Source: Spizellomyces punctatus DAOM BR117
Lineage: Eukaryota
NCBI GenBank assembly: GCA_000182565.2
Contig: KQ257462.1
Length of the DNA: 64,000 nt
Direction: 5' to 3' (one strand)
Shown here piece by piece: positions 47,808 through 62,925 of this stretch. How positions within the stretch are numbered: position 1 is the stretch's first letter; the number at the start of each line of letters is the position of its first letter. The notes beneath the pieces were generated by a model that made no database searches, was not told the origin of the DNA, and was given only the letters and a program-made list of their open reading frames with translations. A program made the position numbers and the translations under genes.

Positions 47808-48162
47808 TTAGCAGAGCTATCCCCTATTTGGTGGGAGTGGGGGATATCAAGAGATTGGGAGATCGTGGTTAGTATCGCGTACAAGATCATCCCAGTAGGC
47901 TTGGGTCACGGTGTCTTTGGAGTGTGGGACTTTTTGAACATCACCGGAAAGAGTATATCCTCGCATAAAAAGACGACAAAGGCATTACATACCGTCAGCA
48001 AAGTTCCCCTCCTAATTGTAATGGCCTGCCGAGCAGCACACTCCAGAACAGAAGCCTGTCCGAAAGCTGTCCGCTTCGCAGCCCTACACGTGACGTAAGA
48101 CTGGGAGACTGCCCTCCCAAAAACCAGCAACGGGGCCTCGCATCGACGAACGTTCTGCAACA

Positions 48163-49014
48163 ATGTCCTCAATGAAACGTATCCTGATAACGGGCGCTGC
48201 AAATGGAATAGGACGACACATGGCCTCACATTTTCTCTCTGGGGGCTATTATGTGACTCTCGCCGATTCTGACTCCCAATCCCTCCAGACGTTGCGTGCC
48301 ATCTTGACTCAGCAGGCCTCAATTCCACCAGAAACTCTCGAATCTCACGCTCTTTTCCAGTATTGCGACGTAGCCAACGAGGCATCCGTGTCGGACCTTG
48401 TCGGAAAGAGCATAGAGAAATTTAAGGGAATCGATGCGCTAATAAATAATGCTGGCATCTCGTCCCCGTGGATTGGCCAGGACCCGAACATTCCCTTTGA
48501 TGCCGTCCCGGCTGAGCATTTTACACGGTTTTTAAATGTAAACTTGGTGGGTGCGTATCTCCTTTGCCACTACACAGCCAAGCATCTCCGCGCATCTCGT
48601 GGTTGCATTGTCAATATTGCTTCGACGCGAGCATTGATGAGCGAGCCGAATAACGAGGGATACGCAGCAAGTAAGGCTGGCTTATTGGGTTTAACGAGGT
48701 CATTGGCAGTGAGCTTGGGCAAGGATGGTGTAAGAGTCAACGCTGTGTCTCCGGGGTGGATTGACACGAGAGATCTGCAGACGGAAGAAGTGACGGGCGT
48801 CTTGCGAGCACACGGCAATTTAAAGGATATCCCAGCACCCCCAGAGTTGAGTGAGAAGGATCACAAGCAGCACCCTGTAGGAAGAGTTGGAACCTCTGAG
48901 GATGTGGCAAAGATGGTAAGGTTTCTCGTGGAGGATTCGGAAGGATTTATTACCGGACAGAACTTTGTATTGGATGGAGGAATGACCATCAAAATGATAT
49001 ACGAAGAGGACTAG
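48163..49014 (+). CDS. Short-chain dehydrogenase/reductase (SDR), intronless
   Basis: TGAANGIG, NNAG, NIASTRA, YAASK, VNAVSPGWIDT. Confidence 0.93.
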   Translation: MSSMKRILITGAANGIGRHMASHFLSGGYYVTLADSDSQSLQTLRAILTQQASIPPETLESHALFQYCDVANEASVSDLVGKSIEKFKGIDALINNAGISSPWIGQDPNIPFDAVPAEHFTRFLNVNLVGAYLLCHYTAKHLRASRGCIVNIASTRALMSEPNNEGYAASKAGLLGLTRSLAVSLGKDGVRVNAVSPGWIDTRDLQTEEVTGVLRAHGNLKDIPAPPELSEKDHKQHPVGRVGTSEDVAKMVRFLVEDSEGFITGQNFVLDGGMTIKMIYEED

Positions 49015-49168
49015 TTGCCGATAGAGATGAACGCTTAATATTCGTGTACATATCTGTATATAGGTCCCTGTATATATTCTCAGATTACTATCTTACTAAT
49101 AAGATGATACACGCTATCGTCCTCCACGTACGGCCTTTTAAATGCCCTGACATCGCACGTACCCGCGC

Positions 49169-51603
49169 TCAATCAGTGGATTTGAGCTCATCAATCTTTT
49201 CTCTTAATGCCTTCACTTCTGTAACCAAATACTTCAGAGTTTCTTCCAACCCTTCATTCGCTGGTAGATTGTCGCTGCCGGGGATCAATGTCTTTTCCAC
49301 CCTGCCCTCCTGGTTGCTCATCTTTGCCACTTGAGACCGGTGGTACAACTGCTGATCTTCCTCTTCAGTCTCCTCTTCCTCCTTTTCTTGATCTTCTTCT
49401 AAATTCCAGTTTGCTGCCGTTTGATCTGGAAAAAAGTGTTCTGCAGCGGCGATGACGGCATTGATTGGGAAGGCGACGACGATCCAAATCCATTGGTGGT
49501 ACTTCAGGTATGCACGTCGTGGTAAAATAAGACGCGGTAGAGGGAGCAGGGTCACTTCAACAAGATTGGTGGGAGGGGCAAAGGGATATTGCGTCGGGAG
49601 CAGATAGAAACCAAGCACCTTGGATGGACGTTGTCATCAATATAGGAGCTCATATGCCTTGCGCTTATGGAACGATGAACGCACCTTCAGCGTAAATTGC
49701 ACTACGTGTTGCTGAGTCGCTGCCTCCACGACGTTGCTATAACTCTGGTTAAAGAATGCAATGACTGTAGAATAGACGTTAGTCTCCCTTTGAAGTTGCT
49801 GTTTGCGGTATAGGTACTCACGCATGTTCAACATGATCACGGTAGCTAGGATCTGAAAGAAGACTAGGAGAGGGGCCCCTAAAACGTCGTGCATCTGTTC
49901 GGCGTCACCGAAATCCGGTGCTCTACGATAAGGCACCAAGAGATATAAAGAATGGAACAGAAAACAGACAATTTAAGAGCGCGAGCTTACTGCAAGAATG
50001 CTTTAGCGAGCATATACAGTCCCTTGAGGAAACCAGGGCTTTCGGACGGCTGAGCTCGTGCAAGGCCTGCAAACGCCTTGAACAACATGTGTTGATTATT
50101 CTCTCCCAGGACGCTAAAAGAGAAGTCTATGCGCATACCTGTACGAATCCAACAAGGACGAAAAAGAACATGACAAAGAATAATGCCGCATCTCGGAGCA
50201 TGGCGCGAATAATAACTACCATTTCGCCAAAATAGCGGAATCTTAAGGAAGGGTAAGAACCGCGTATCCCAAGCCTTTCGCAAAATGGAAACGTACCCAG
50301 CCAAAACATTTATCCCTCGTGTCCACAAGAAGACTGCATTGCACGCCAGCAAATCATATGATGTGTCGTTTGGACCCGAGAGTGTCTCTTTATTACCTTG
50401 ATAGTAACCAATCATGCGAAATGTGAACGCGAGAGTGAAGAGGACAATGCTGATCATGTCATTGCAATTGAACTTCAAATATATCGCGTCAGGCAACTGA
50501 AGCTCTAACACGCAAAATACAGAGGTACTCACAAGAGTCAAGAAATAAAAGGCAGATCCTTGATTCCAAAACTGTTTAACTTCCGAGATCGCAAACGACA
50601 CCACCAGTAGGTACATCAAGATCTCCATGCCATTGGGTTCGGGTGTTCGATAATTGACGACAAAAGAGTATACGGCCAACAAAAAGAAGTTGAAGAGCGT
50701 TTCTGCCGCGTATTGGTACATTGGCACGCGAAGGCGGCCTTCGGGCAAGGCTGCCCATCCCATTTTGACTTGCGACGGCCAAGTATATACTTGGACGTAT
50801 CCATCGTTATTAGCACGGTCATCATCTTGAACACCCTCTGAGAGAAAGTCAAGAATTCATGTCTAGCATGGAATGGTGCAAGCTGAATTGAAGACACAGT
50901 ACATAACATACGAGGTTGCGGTATTATGACTCCTCTCCAAAGATACTGGAAGGGTGGAGGATCAGTCGAATGTTTGTTTGAGAATGAAGAGCAAGTGGTC
51001 AGTTACCTCCACGCATTGTTGAACAGAAATCTCGTTGATGAACTCGGCGGCGTCAGTTTCCACAGCCACTTGCAATGCTGTTTAGATCAACCGAGATCAT
51101 TATGCGGATACAACAATGACAGGTACGAAAGAGGAGGATAGCGCCAGCGGATACCAACCACTCTCCATCGAAACCGGATTTTGAAGCGAATTAAACAGCG
51201 GTGTAAGCACCTCCACAAATAGCTCGTCTCTGCCATTACTGTCCCGAATAATGGCACGCACGAGTCGAATTGCCAAAACTTGACAAAAAAGCGCACGGCA
51301 TCTCAACAATTCTCCTCTATGTATACTTTTGTTTGCTCGTTGCTGCAACAATCGAAAGGCAGCCAGACATCCATAGACACATGCACGACGACTGAGTTTC
51401 CGCAAGTGCTTGATACTGTCTTCGTCGGCGATCTCATAACTGTTGATGATACGATTGCGCTCCATGGGTTCAGCAATCCGAGTTTGGGCAAGCTTTGAGG
51501 CAAATTCCATGCAACTTCTGGCCTGGCCGGTGTGATCGGTGCGATCTCCACGGCCAGAAGAACCCAAAAGGCGGCGACCTTCCTCTGCAGTCCTGTCCGC
51601 CAT
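49169..51603 (-). CDS. Yvc1/TRPY1-like TRP cation channel (multi-exon)
   Basis: RLRVPMYQ motif before TM1, multiple TM exons (YDLLACNAVFLW, YFGEMVVIIRAM, FFFVLVGFVQ), FFNQSYSNVVE, YPFAPPTNLVE and a coiled-coil C-terminus. Confidence 0.8.
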
Positions 51604-52137
51604 GATCGCAGACCGTTGTTGAAATTGAGTGGGTGGTAAGTAATGGGAGGGAGATGCCCTTTCTTATCGGGACGTCAGAAAGTGTTTTACGCTGAGAACT
51701 TGAGGGCTTGTGCTGGACACACTGATTTTTCCGCAGGCAATCCGTAAATGAATGCCAAAACTATTTGCCTCAAATCAAGGTTTTTAGCTTCCAGCATGAT
51801 GTCATCCCCCCGCGTTCAGACGGTCGGTTAATCATCGGAGGCTCTACCAGGTGCATTTCAAGATGAAAACTCCAATAACCTTCTAATAACTTTTCGGACC
51901 TTGCCAGTTTGATGAACACCAGCCTTTTTCATATGAAACTATCCAGCAGTCAAGTGAAGAAAAACGAGATGCCATTGAATAAAGTTACAGTCGCAACTAT
52001 TCAAATTCAAAGATATTTTCGAAAACTTGCAATTGAAACTATGGTGTGAGATACACCGTGTCTTGTACATTCTCCCTACTTACAGACCATCTTACTTGAT
52101 TCTAGCTACATGCTACCTAATGCCTCCTACTCTACCA

Positions 52138-54309
52138 TCAATTCACCAACACATTTGTACTATCCCGTTTGCGATCCCTATCCTCTAGAACTCCTTTACT
52201 GCCACATTTCCGCATCATACTCGGTGTGAAGACAGTTGACCGAGCCGAAGTAATGTAATCAAACAGAAGATTTGTGCGTGTTCTAGCGGAAGTAAGGTTC
52301 GAGATGCGCTGATGTCTCACAACATTGTCGGAATTTGTGGTTTGGGACATCCATTTCTTTGGATCTTGCGGTGTTGAAGGTTTGGCAACCTGTCGCTCAC
52401 GAAGATGGGCTTTGACAAGTGGGTAGGCGTCCTTGTACCTGTATTTCGAGAAGCGGGTCAGTTAGGAGATAGAGTGCCCGCGGGCGAATGATCGTCCTAC
52501 TTGCCACATGTATGGTACTACATGATCCCATGGCGTATGAGAGTGCCTCGTCGGTCCGACCAAAGTGCAGTTTCGCGCGTCCATCACAGCGAGTTTTAAT
52601 ACCCCTAAGGCACTCTCGTCATCTTTGCATACTCGCAACCGGTCATGGCTGCGGGACTTGAGAGTTGTCGAAAGTTCTTTGCGTGTCGTGTCCAGATAGG
52701 CTGCGAAAGCCGAATGATGGTTTTGAGCGGGATTCTGGGTAAAATATTTTAATCAGCAAATCTTTGTACTCATGCAGATTCAATGAGAGTCGTACTTGGA
52801 GTTTCCGTTTCCAGACTTCAGCTACCGTAGGATCCGGCGTGCTATTATGAGAGGATGTGATAGACGGGCGCTGCGTCGTGACCGATGTGACGCTGTCAAT
52901 CGGTAGTGTCTGGAAATATATGTGTTTAGTTAGTTGTATGATCGAGTCATTGAACGACTACAGCCGCCATGACATGCTCATGAAGGTATTATTTACCGCA
53001 GTTGTATCTTCTTCAAATAAGTTCTTGTCCGCTTCAATGTCTAGTTGGTTTTTCCGGACTGTACTGCCTAGTTTGGTCAGTTCCTTGAATGCTATATTGA
53101 ACTGATCGCCCACATCCTGGAAAATAAAAACCATGAGGTTGTCATTTTTCATACATCAACCAATTAATGTCTTTACGCACCTCATCGATCCCTTCTGGCT
53201 TTCCAAAGCAATATTCATCCTCATTCAACGCGTTGCCTAGTTCAGGCAAATGCTTCTGTCTCCAGAGCGCATTGGCCTGCATCCAATTTTGAGCATCCTG
53301 GAAGGAGGCACTTCTAGCCAAAAGGGATGGAAGACTTCCAGCGGAATCTTGGACCAACTGCAGATTAGCGGAAGGCGAACGGCCCTTATCTTCGTTTTCC
53401 TCTCCTTCTGATACAAATAAGGAAGTTGCGGAAAGAGCTTGACTAAGTGGTGGCAACACATGTCGCGGGGTCGTCAGATTCATTGCTCCGCTTTGTGCGG
53501 TTCTTGCTGGCCGACTTTCGGGGGCATATGAGGTCCGCAGGCCTTTAATGGGTTGGGAGGAGGCTGGATTTCGGCTGATATTTTTGATGACGCTCCAATT
53601 GATACCGTTTGTATTCGCCAGTGCGAGACGGCATGCGGCTTCTGAGGAGGAATTGGAAAGGGGATAATCAACCGTGAAAGTCAAGTAAACTGGAGCTCCG
53701 TGTCACTTAAAAGTACCTTCATACGCTTTGGCCCGCTCATCGGCGCGATGTGCCTTGTCTCGAAACGCGAGCACGTAGCGGGAACTTGGATTATTCTGGG
53801 CAAATGGGTTAACCTTGGGCTAAAATATTCAAACTCCTATGCAAATTACCTTCAGATGGATCTTGGTCGTGGTGGACTCTCGAATTTCCGAGAAAGGAAA
53901 TGTATTTTTCTCTATGCTTTCACCGTTAAATCCGCACTACAAGGTGATAGCGAACAGACCTTACTCATGACATTGGGTTTCCTTTGGACGGCAGCCTTGC
54001 GCTTCTCTTGCTCATCGTCCTCTCCGCCTTTCGTTACTTCTACGGTGGGCGCCAACCGCGCTAAAAGCGACGGACGCGGCAATTTGGCGGCTTCGGCCAA
54101 GGGAGGTAACCTACGTGAAGGAATCCACATAGAAATGACAGTTTGGAATATAATTGTCGGAAACTGCGCATCTACCATTTGGATCTCATCAATCTCTTGA
54201 CCTCATTCCTATGCACTATCGTGGGATCTACGGGTATTTCCCGACCTGCTGCACAGATACCTGCCACGATGGCGGGAGCCTCGGCCGGGAGGACTAAAGA
54301 ATAGGGCAT
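52138..54309 (-). CDS. Hypothetical multi-exon protein
   Basis: Chain of same-strand ORFs (53912-54178, 53142-53684, 52958-53152, 52138-52350) bounded by GT-AG sites. No family recognised. Confidence 0.5.
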
Positions 54310-54724
54310 GAATAAGTGACCTGATTGTGGGTTGCAACTGCATCAGTTACATGCCCCGTTCCTTTATGTGTGACATCTATGGTCGATGAGTGTACACCGG
54401 CGACATGAAGACAAGGAATTGAGGAATGGTTGAAATGGAGAGAGGGCCAGGGCAACATGTGCTACTTTCACGTTGCATTGAAATTTAGAACTTCCACAAT
54501 GAGGATCACATTTTAGGGTCAATTGTTCAAAACCAATGATTGGACTTTGAAAAACCGGTCATCTATACCCGCATTCTCGCCTCATCAATACAGTTATTGG
54601 AAGCCGCGGGAGTAGTGCGGTAGAATTCACAGTCATAAGCATGAGGTTCCCTTGGATTGTACGCTAAGGAGGACTCACTCCTCAATTTCTCTTTCGTGAT
54701 GATACTTTGTCCTTCTCCATTCTA

Positions 54725-56055
54725 ATGCCACCGCTTGGACATATCTGCGTCCTCCTCCTTCCGCTTCTCATTATATTCCACCTCCGTCCAGTCAATCCCG
54801 TGTCCATCCCTGCCCCTAGGCCATATTACCAGCCCTCAACATGCAACGGATTTGCTGAGCTTTGTCATAAACGATATGACGAGGTCTGCTTTGCGGTAAC
54901 CCACAACGCATTTGCAGTTGCGCCGTTGGTGGATGCGACGGCGACCATAATGAAGAGTGGTGTTAATCAAGATCCTGGGTACATCTTGGATTATCAGCTA
55001 GAAGATGGGTATCGGGGTTTCAAGGTGGCAGTTTGGCGAAATAAGACTGGTGAGGTGCATTTATGTCATGGTAGGTGGTTCCTGGCACCAGCAAGAGAAG
55101 CTCAAAAGGATTGAGACAGTATTCTTTCGTAGGTAAATGCGAAAACTCTTTTATCTTCTACGATGCCGGACCCTTTGTCAACTTCCTTACCACTATTCGA
55201 CGATTTTTGGATTCAAATCGAAACGAAATCGTCACATTATTCCTGGAAAATGTTGCCAACCTAGACGTAAATACCATGGCATCGCAATTCGATGCGGCCC
55301 ATTTGACACCATATGTCTATGTTCCGCCTGATGAGGGTCCAATTCGATGGTATACCATGCAAGACATGATTGTGGCGAACACTCGACTAGTCGTTTTCAT
55401 GGATAGGCACTGTGACATCACACAACAGCCATGGTAAGTCGGTATCGATATCGGTAAGCAAACTGGAACTGATGAATGGTCTCCCTCTACCAGGCTACTC
55501 CGACAATCAATGTACGTTACCCAAAATAATTATAGAAATTATTTTCCCGAACCACAATTCTTCAATTGCGAACCCTATCCTAACCCCCGCAGCGACCGCC
55601 GATCATTAACCCTTCTCAACCATCAGCTCAACATCCTCATAGCGGAAGGATCAAATGGCATGGATGATGTTTACAAACCCGACTACTATGACCGCCTCAC
55701 AACAAATTCACTCGATTCTATAGCTGCCCATATATCAACCTGTACAAACAAGAATGTCCAGGTCAACTTTGTAAGTGTTGACTGGGGTGCATCGGGACAG
55801 ACAATCGCGGCCGTCGATGCCTATAACGGGGTATCGAGACCAGTCAAAGTCCGGTCCTACGATGCTGTCATTCATGAAGCAAGTCGGAATATTTCCTCCA
55901 TTATGGAACGAGCCATGCGCTCTGCGCACCGGTACGTGGAAAAGGATTCGTTGATGATCGGTATCGACACACTACTTAAAACATTGGGCGTCGTACTTGG
56001 TATGGGAGTCTGGGGGGCTTTTACGATCCTCATGGCTTTTGGGAGATGGTGGTAG
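54725..56055 (+). CDS. Secreted or membrane-anchored PLC-like phosphodiesterase (PI-PLC X domain-like; 3 exons)
   Basis: Signal peptide; CNGFAELCHKRYDEV..THNAFA, NQ..QLEDGYRGF, HLCHG, NRNEIVTLFLEN, RLVVF, LLNH, NFVSVDW; C-terminal TM segment. Confidence 0.85.
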
Positions 56056-56480
56056 ACATTTAATATTTGACATTCCTAAGGATAGTTAAATCTGCGATTT
56101 GTATGTACCTAAGGCGACGGTGGATCAATTCATAGGGTGGCAAACTGCTGGAAATTATCATAGGTAGTATAAGGAAAAAGGGTACGGGGAGTAACTGACA
56201 AAAGATACGCATTTGAGTCCTACATTCCCTCACAGTTATATTCCGGCTGTTTTTGTTCGTCTCCGTATGATTGAAGCAAGCATTGGGCCGATCTTACTGG
56301 TGTAGCATGTCTCCTCTATACTTGCCAAAAGTTGACCCGACCGCATTACATCAACAGCAAGGATGGGGTTCTGATATGCCTTTGGCACTGGGTAGAGGTC
56401 AAGCAGACGAAAATCTCTGCCGTTGTCCCAAATCTGTTCAAATATATGTATCATTCTTTCACAGCACAGGCTTGTACGCC

Positions 56481-58333
<1,853 letters not shown>

Positions 58334-59418
58334 TGCGTGCGCTTACAAGTGACTGGGCGTCAAGTTGGTAGGTTGTCGATGAGGGAGAGGAAAGTGAAAA
58401 TTGTTGTTGCGTTGATGTTGGGTGAGATCGACGGAGCTGCAATGAGAAATGGTGCCCTCGGTTGTTGAAACCATTAGATGATGTGGTTCGCAGTTACTAA
58501 GCCTCTTGGTGATATTTGACTTATCATCCTGCTTATGTCAGCGATCTTGCCAATTGAATAAGCCATTTGTCTGAGTACAAGTGCAGATTCCCCATAGGGG
58601 TCTGCCGCCTATTATCTCTCTTGGGAGCATGGAGACTTTACGGATTGCCAAGTGGGTCAAGTGCACACATTTCCTCCGTCGTTTGCCCTGGCGGGAGCTT
58701 CCCAACTTTCTGCATTGCGATCATGAGCATATTATCAGTACTATCAAGAAAAATTCCTTAGTTTGGATGTCATCAAGCACTCATGCAACGTCCCTACATC
58801 ATCGTCTCCATTAATGGACTTACGCTCGACACCATGTGGTCCTTGTGCCAAAACACACTCTGCAGCTGGTTGGAAGTGGCAGTGCAAAGCGACAAGTGGC
58901 TTATGCATATGCCTACAACTCATATAACCATAAAAGTCAGAATTTCTGTCCGGTGGGACTCTCCTCCAAACCCATTTTTGACAGAGCAAAGTGAGTGGCA
59001 CAGTCATTGAATAGGACGGCACAGCAACGATCAACGAGGGCCGCTCCCACGCAAGCGACTCAACTCCTTTTGTTCTTTCTTCAGCCAACGGGGGATCTCA
59101 CAAAGGGGGTAAACGGTTGTTGGGCGAAATCTGGCATTGGAGAAAGGAAGGAAAACTCTTGCTGTGTCATTCGTCGTCCTTTTGGTATTGCAAGTGCTAG
59201 TCCATTGTGCTTCACCGTGCTCACAAAGCAGTGTCAAAACCGCCCATACTCTGCTTTTGCGATTCCCAAGAATTGGTCAAGGGCCAACCTAATTCCAAGA
59301 AAACCGTTTCTCTCAAACTCCAAGTTCGTTAGCCAGTCCGTGTGCTGTTGCACGCACTGCGTCAGTTGTTCTACAGTTCGGCTATCCTCCGTTTGTCAAT
59401 AAGCCCTGGTTGTGTACC

Positions 59419-62401
59419 ATGTCTGCCTCAACTGCATTGACGACATGGCGGTTCCCTCCACGCCCAGGAGTTGGAGCCTCTGGGAGAAACATCCAAGTGC
59501 GAGCAAACTTTTTCCCTGTCATGACCCTTCCCGGGCAGAATATCCACCACTACGATGTCAACATTACTCCCGACGTCCCGCCAGCAAAGAATAGGAGAAT
59601 TTATCAGTTGTGGGAGGACGAACAGTTATTGAGCGGGGCGTTGAACGGTATCAGACCTGTGTTTGATGGAAGAAAGAATGTGTTTGCGGCTAAAGCGCTA
59701 CCCATTGCTCCGGGGGAAGTGGCGTTTAACATTGATTATTTTGACGATGACGATAGTAAAAAGTAAGTACAGCACACGACCGATGCTGCATTTACTCCTC
59801 TTGGAGTCTTGCAACGTTTTTGCTCCTATTTGCATCACACTACCGGCTTCGATGGATTCGACAACTTCTGATTGGTGTCATTTTCAGGCGCGGGCCGAAA
59901 AAGTTCACATTGATCATCAAAAAGGTTGGCGAAATAAATATGCAGAAATTGTCAGCCTTCCTCGATGGGCGACTAGCTGACACGCCGAATGACGCCATTA
60001 TGGCTCTTGATATCCTCCTCCGTCACCGTCCTTCCCTTACTTACACCACAATTGGAAGGTGCTTCTATACGCCGGATTCCGCTGCGAGTATTGCCAATGG
60101 TGCCCAGTTGTGGCAAGGGTTCCATCAAAGTATCAGGCCAACCCGGGGGCAGATGCTAATCAATTTGGATGTATCTGCAACAGCCTTCTATCAGCCTGGT
60201 AAATACTCAACTAGATAATTTCAATGTAAGCGATAAGCTGACATTCGTTTTCCAAGGCCCTGTTATTGAGATGGTCGCCAAGATTCTTGGTAGACACAGT
60301 GGCGCGGATTTACGTGCACCACTAAGTGACCGGGACAGACTGAAGGTAGAAAAGGTGCTGAAAGGACTGAAGATTGTCGTCACCCATCGTGGACAGATCC
60401 GCCGCAAATTCCGAATTACAAAGATCACATCCACCCCCGCTAACCGTACCATGTTCTCCCTGGAGAGCACTGGTCTCGAAAACTCTGTTGCTGGATATTT
60501 CCAAGCCAAGTACAATCACCAGCTGTACTTTCCTCACCTCCCCTGCCTTGTTGTTGGTGACCCATCACGACAGGTATTCCTACCAATGGAGGTCTGTGAC
60601 ATTGTGCCCGGTCAAAGACACTTGAGGAAATTGAATGAGCGCCAGGTTCGCATACTTTGTTCATGACACCGTTGGCTCAGTACTTACCGCTACCCACCTG
60701 CAGACGGCGGAAATGATCAAGTTCACTTGCCAGCCACCTCACGTTCGATCCAATAAGATTTCAGCCGGTATTACCATTCTTCAGCAAAGAGACAATGATT
60801 ATCTCCGCGAGTTTGGTGTGCAGATTGGTCATGAAATGACAATTGTCAATGCACGTGTACTACCTGCTCCCGCTATTTCTTACCACCCAGCTTCAAAAGA
60901 GCCCGTCATCACTCCTCGGGAGGGAGCCTGGAACCTTCGCGACAAGATGGTTGCTCAGGGTGTTACAGTTCGATCCTGGTCTGTGATTGCATTTGGTCAG
61001 GAAACTGATTACCCTGTCGCTGCCATTCAAAAGTTTGTCACGCTTCTCGTGCAAACCTGCGAGGAGTGTGGTGTGTTCATTCAGAATCGCCAACCCCCAA
61101 TTTCCTACGCGAACCCCCTGGGCAATGTGGAGAAGACTCTGATTGATGCTTACATGTTAGCTGGAAATTCCTTCCAGGAGCGTCCTCAGATGGTTCTGTG
61201 CATCTTGCCCAACACGGGTGTGCCACTTTACGCTGAGATCAAACGGGTGTCTGACACCATTATTGGAGTCGCCACACAGTGTATACAGGCTAAGCACATG
61301 TTTGCGGCCAAAAGGCAATACTGCGCGAATGTATGTTTGAAGATGAATGTTAAGCTGGGTGGTATGAACAGTTACTTGTCAAATACTCAACTGCCGTTCG
61401 TGAGTGAGCGGCCGACCATTATTCTTGGGGCAGATGTTACGGTGGGTATTGTATTCTTCTACGGTCTTGAACATCAAGTTCTAAATTTATTTTTTTAGCA
61501 TCCGGCCCCTGGCTCTGCCTCCAACCAATCGATTGCGGCCCTTGTTGGATCCATGGATGCACAATGCTCACGGTTTGCCGCGGCGATCCGTGTCCAGAAA
61601 GGACGTCAAGAAGTTATCCAGGACCTCTCAGGCATGGTGATTGAGCTCCTCAAGACCTTTTACCAGACCTGCGGAGCCAAGCCAGAGCGTATTGTCTTTT
61701 ATCGGGATGGTGTATCTGAGGGACAGTTTGCTGAAGTTTTGCGATGCGAGGTAGAGGCTATCCGAAGGGCCTGTGTCTCTCTCGAACCGACGTACAGACC
61801 GACTGTGACGTTTGTCGTTGTTCAAAAACGTCATCATGCAAGATTTTTCCCGATCCGAAAGGAGGACTCGGACCGGAGTGGAAATGTCTTGCCAGGGACA
61901 GTGGTTGAAACGGGTGTGACGCATCCCTCCGAATTCGATTTCTACCTCTGCTCGCATCCGGGTCTCCAAGGGACGTCCAAACCCACTCACTACCACGTGC
62001 TGCATGATGAGAACCGATTTTCCCCCGACGCGCTCCAAGAGCTTACTTACCGCCTCTGCTACCTGTACTGCCGTGCCACGCGAAGTGTTTCCGTATGTCC
62101 ACCCGCTTATTACGCGCATTTGGTTGCTGCTCGAGCGCGATTCCACGCAACGGGCGAAGGATGGAGTGAGAGTTCAAGTGAAGGAAGTGTGTCAAGCAAT
62201 GGGAGCGCCCAGACTGTACCGAATGTGGCTGCTGTCCCTCTTGGTGGTATGATTGGTGTGCCGAATGGTAATGGGATTCCTGTGGTGGCGCCAGCGGCGG
62301 CGGGGGTTGGTAAAAAGTGTGCTGTGAAGGAGGGTGCGGTGCGAATGATGAATTACGGCGTTGTGAAGGAGGAGTTGACTAAAGTCATGTATTTCATGTG
62401 A
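59419..62401 (+). CDS. AGO: Argonaute (multi-exon)
   Basis: N domain (RANFF, HHYDV), L1/PAZ ([22 protein letters not shown]), MID ([17 protein letters not shown]) and PIWI with [22 protein letters not shown]. Confidence 0.97.
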
Positions 62402-62925
62402 GAGTGGTTTGTCTTTATTGCCATGTGGTGGACTTCTGCGTACTACCTCTTGTTTGACGGCGTTGGGATGAAAGGCGTAAGAGAATTGGACAATGGAATA
62501 AAAAGTGTCGCTTTGGGACAAAAGAGGGGTTAGTTGTTGTTTGTTGACTTTGGATTTTGTCTTGAGGATGTTTTTTTTTGTTTTGTTTTGTAGCGATACT
62601 TTTTATATGTTGTCATCTAGTATTGTTGTTTTTTTTTCTTGTAGCTTGCATCCTATGTTCCCTTTTGCGTTTGCGTTGTGTGGGCTTTATAGTCTTGTTT
62701 AATATTTTTGCTGCGTGGGGTTCTTTTTTGAATTTATGAGAGGCGTGGGGTTTGGGTCCGGACGTTCTATTTTATGTCGCTGTCGTATGGTAAGAGGTGA
62801 ATGGTATCAGGATTCCTAGTATAACCAGGTAAACGGAAAAGAACGCATTCCATCCTTTTTTACAGTACACTGCCCATGAAGAGCGTCCATGTAGTTCTCT
62901 TTTATATTTTCCAATTCAAACATGA

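Noticed and set aside
53931-53939. TCCGCACTA matching the TIR end (similar short matches near 18693, 40560 and 54613) as possible ORF-less mini-elements
   Set aside because: Matches are 9-10 bp or less, with no partner TIR or scaffold, and some lie inside host genes. Consistent with chance.
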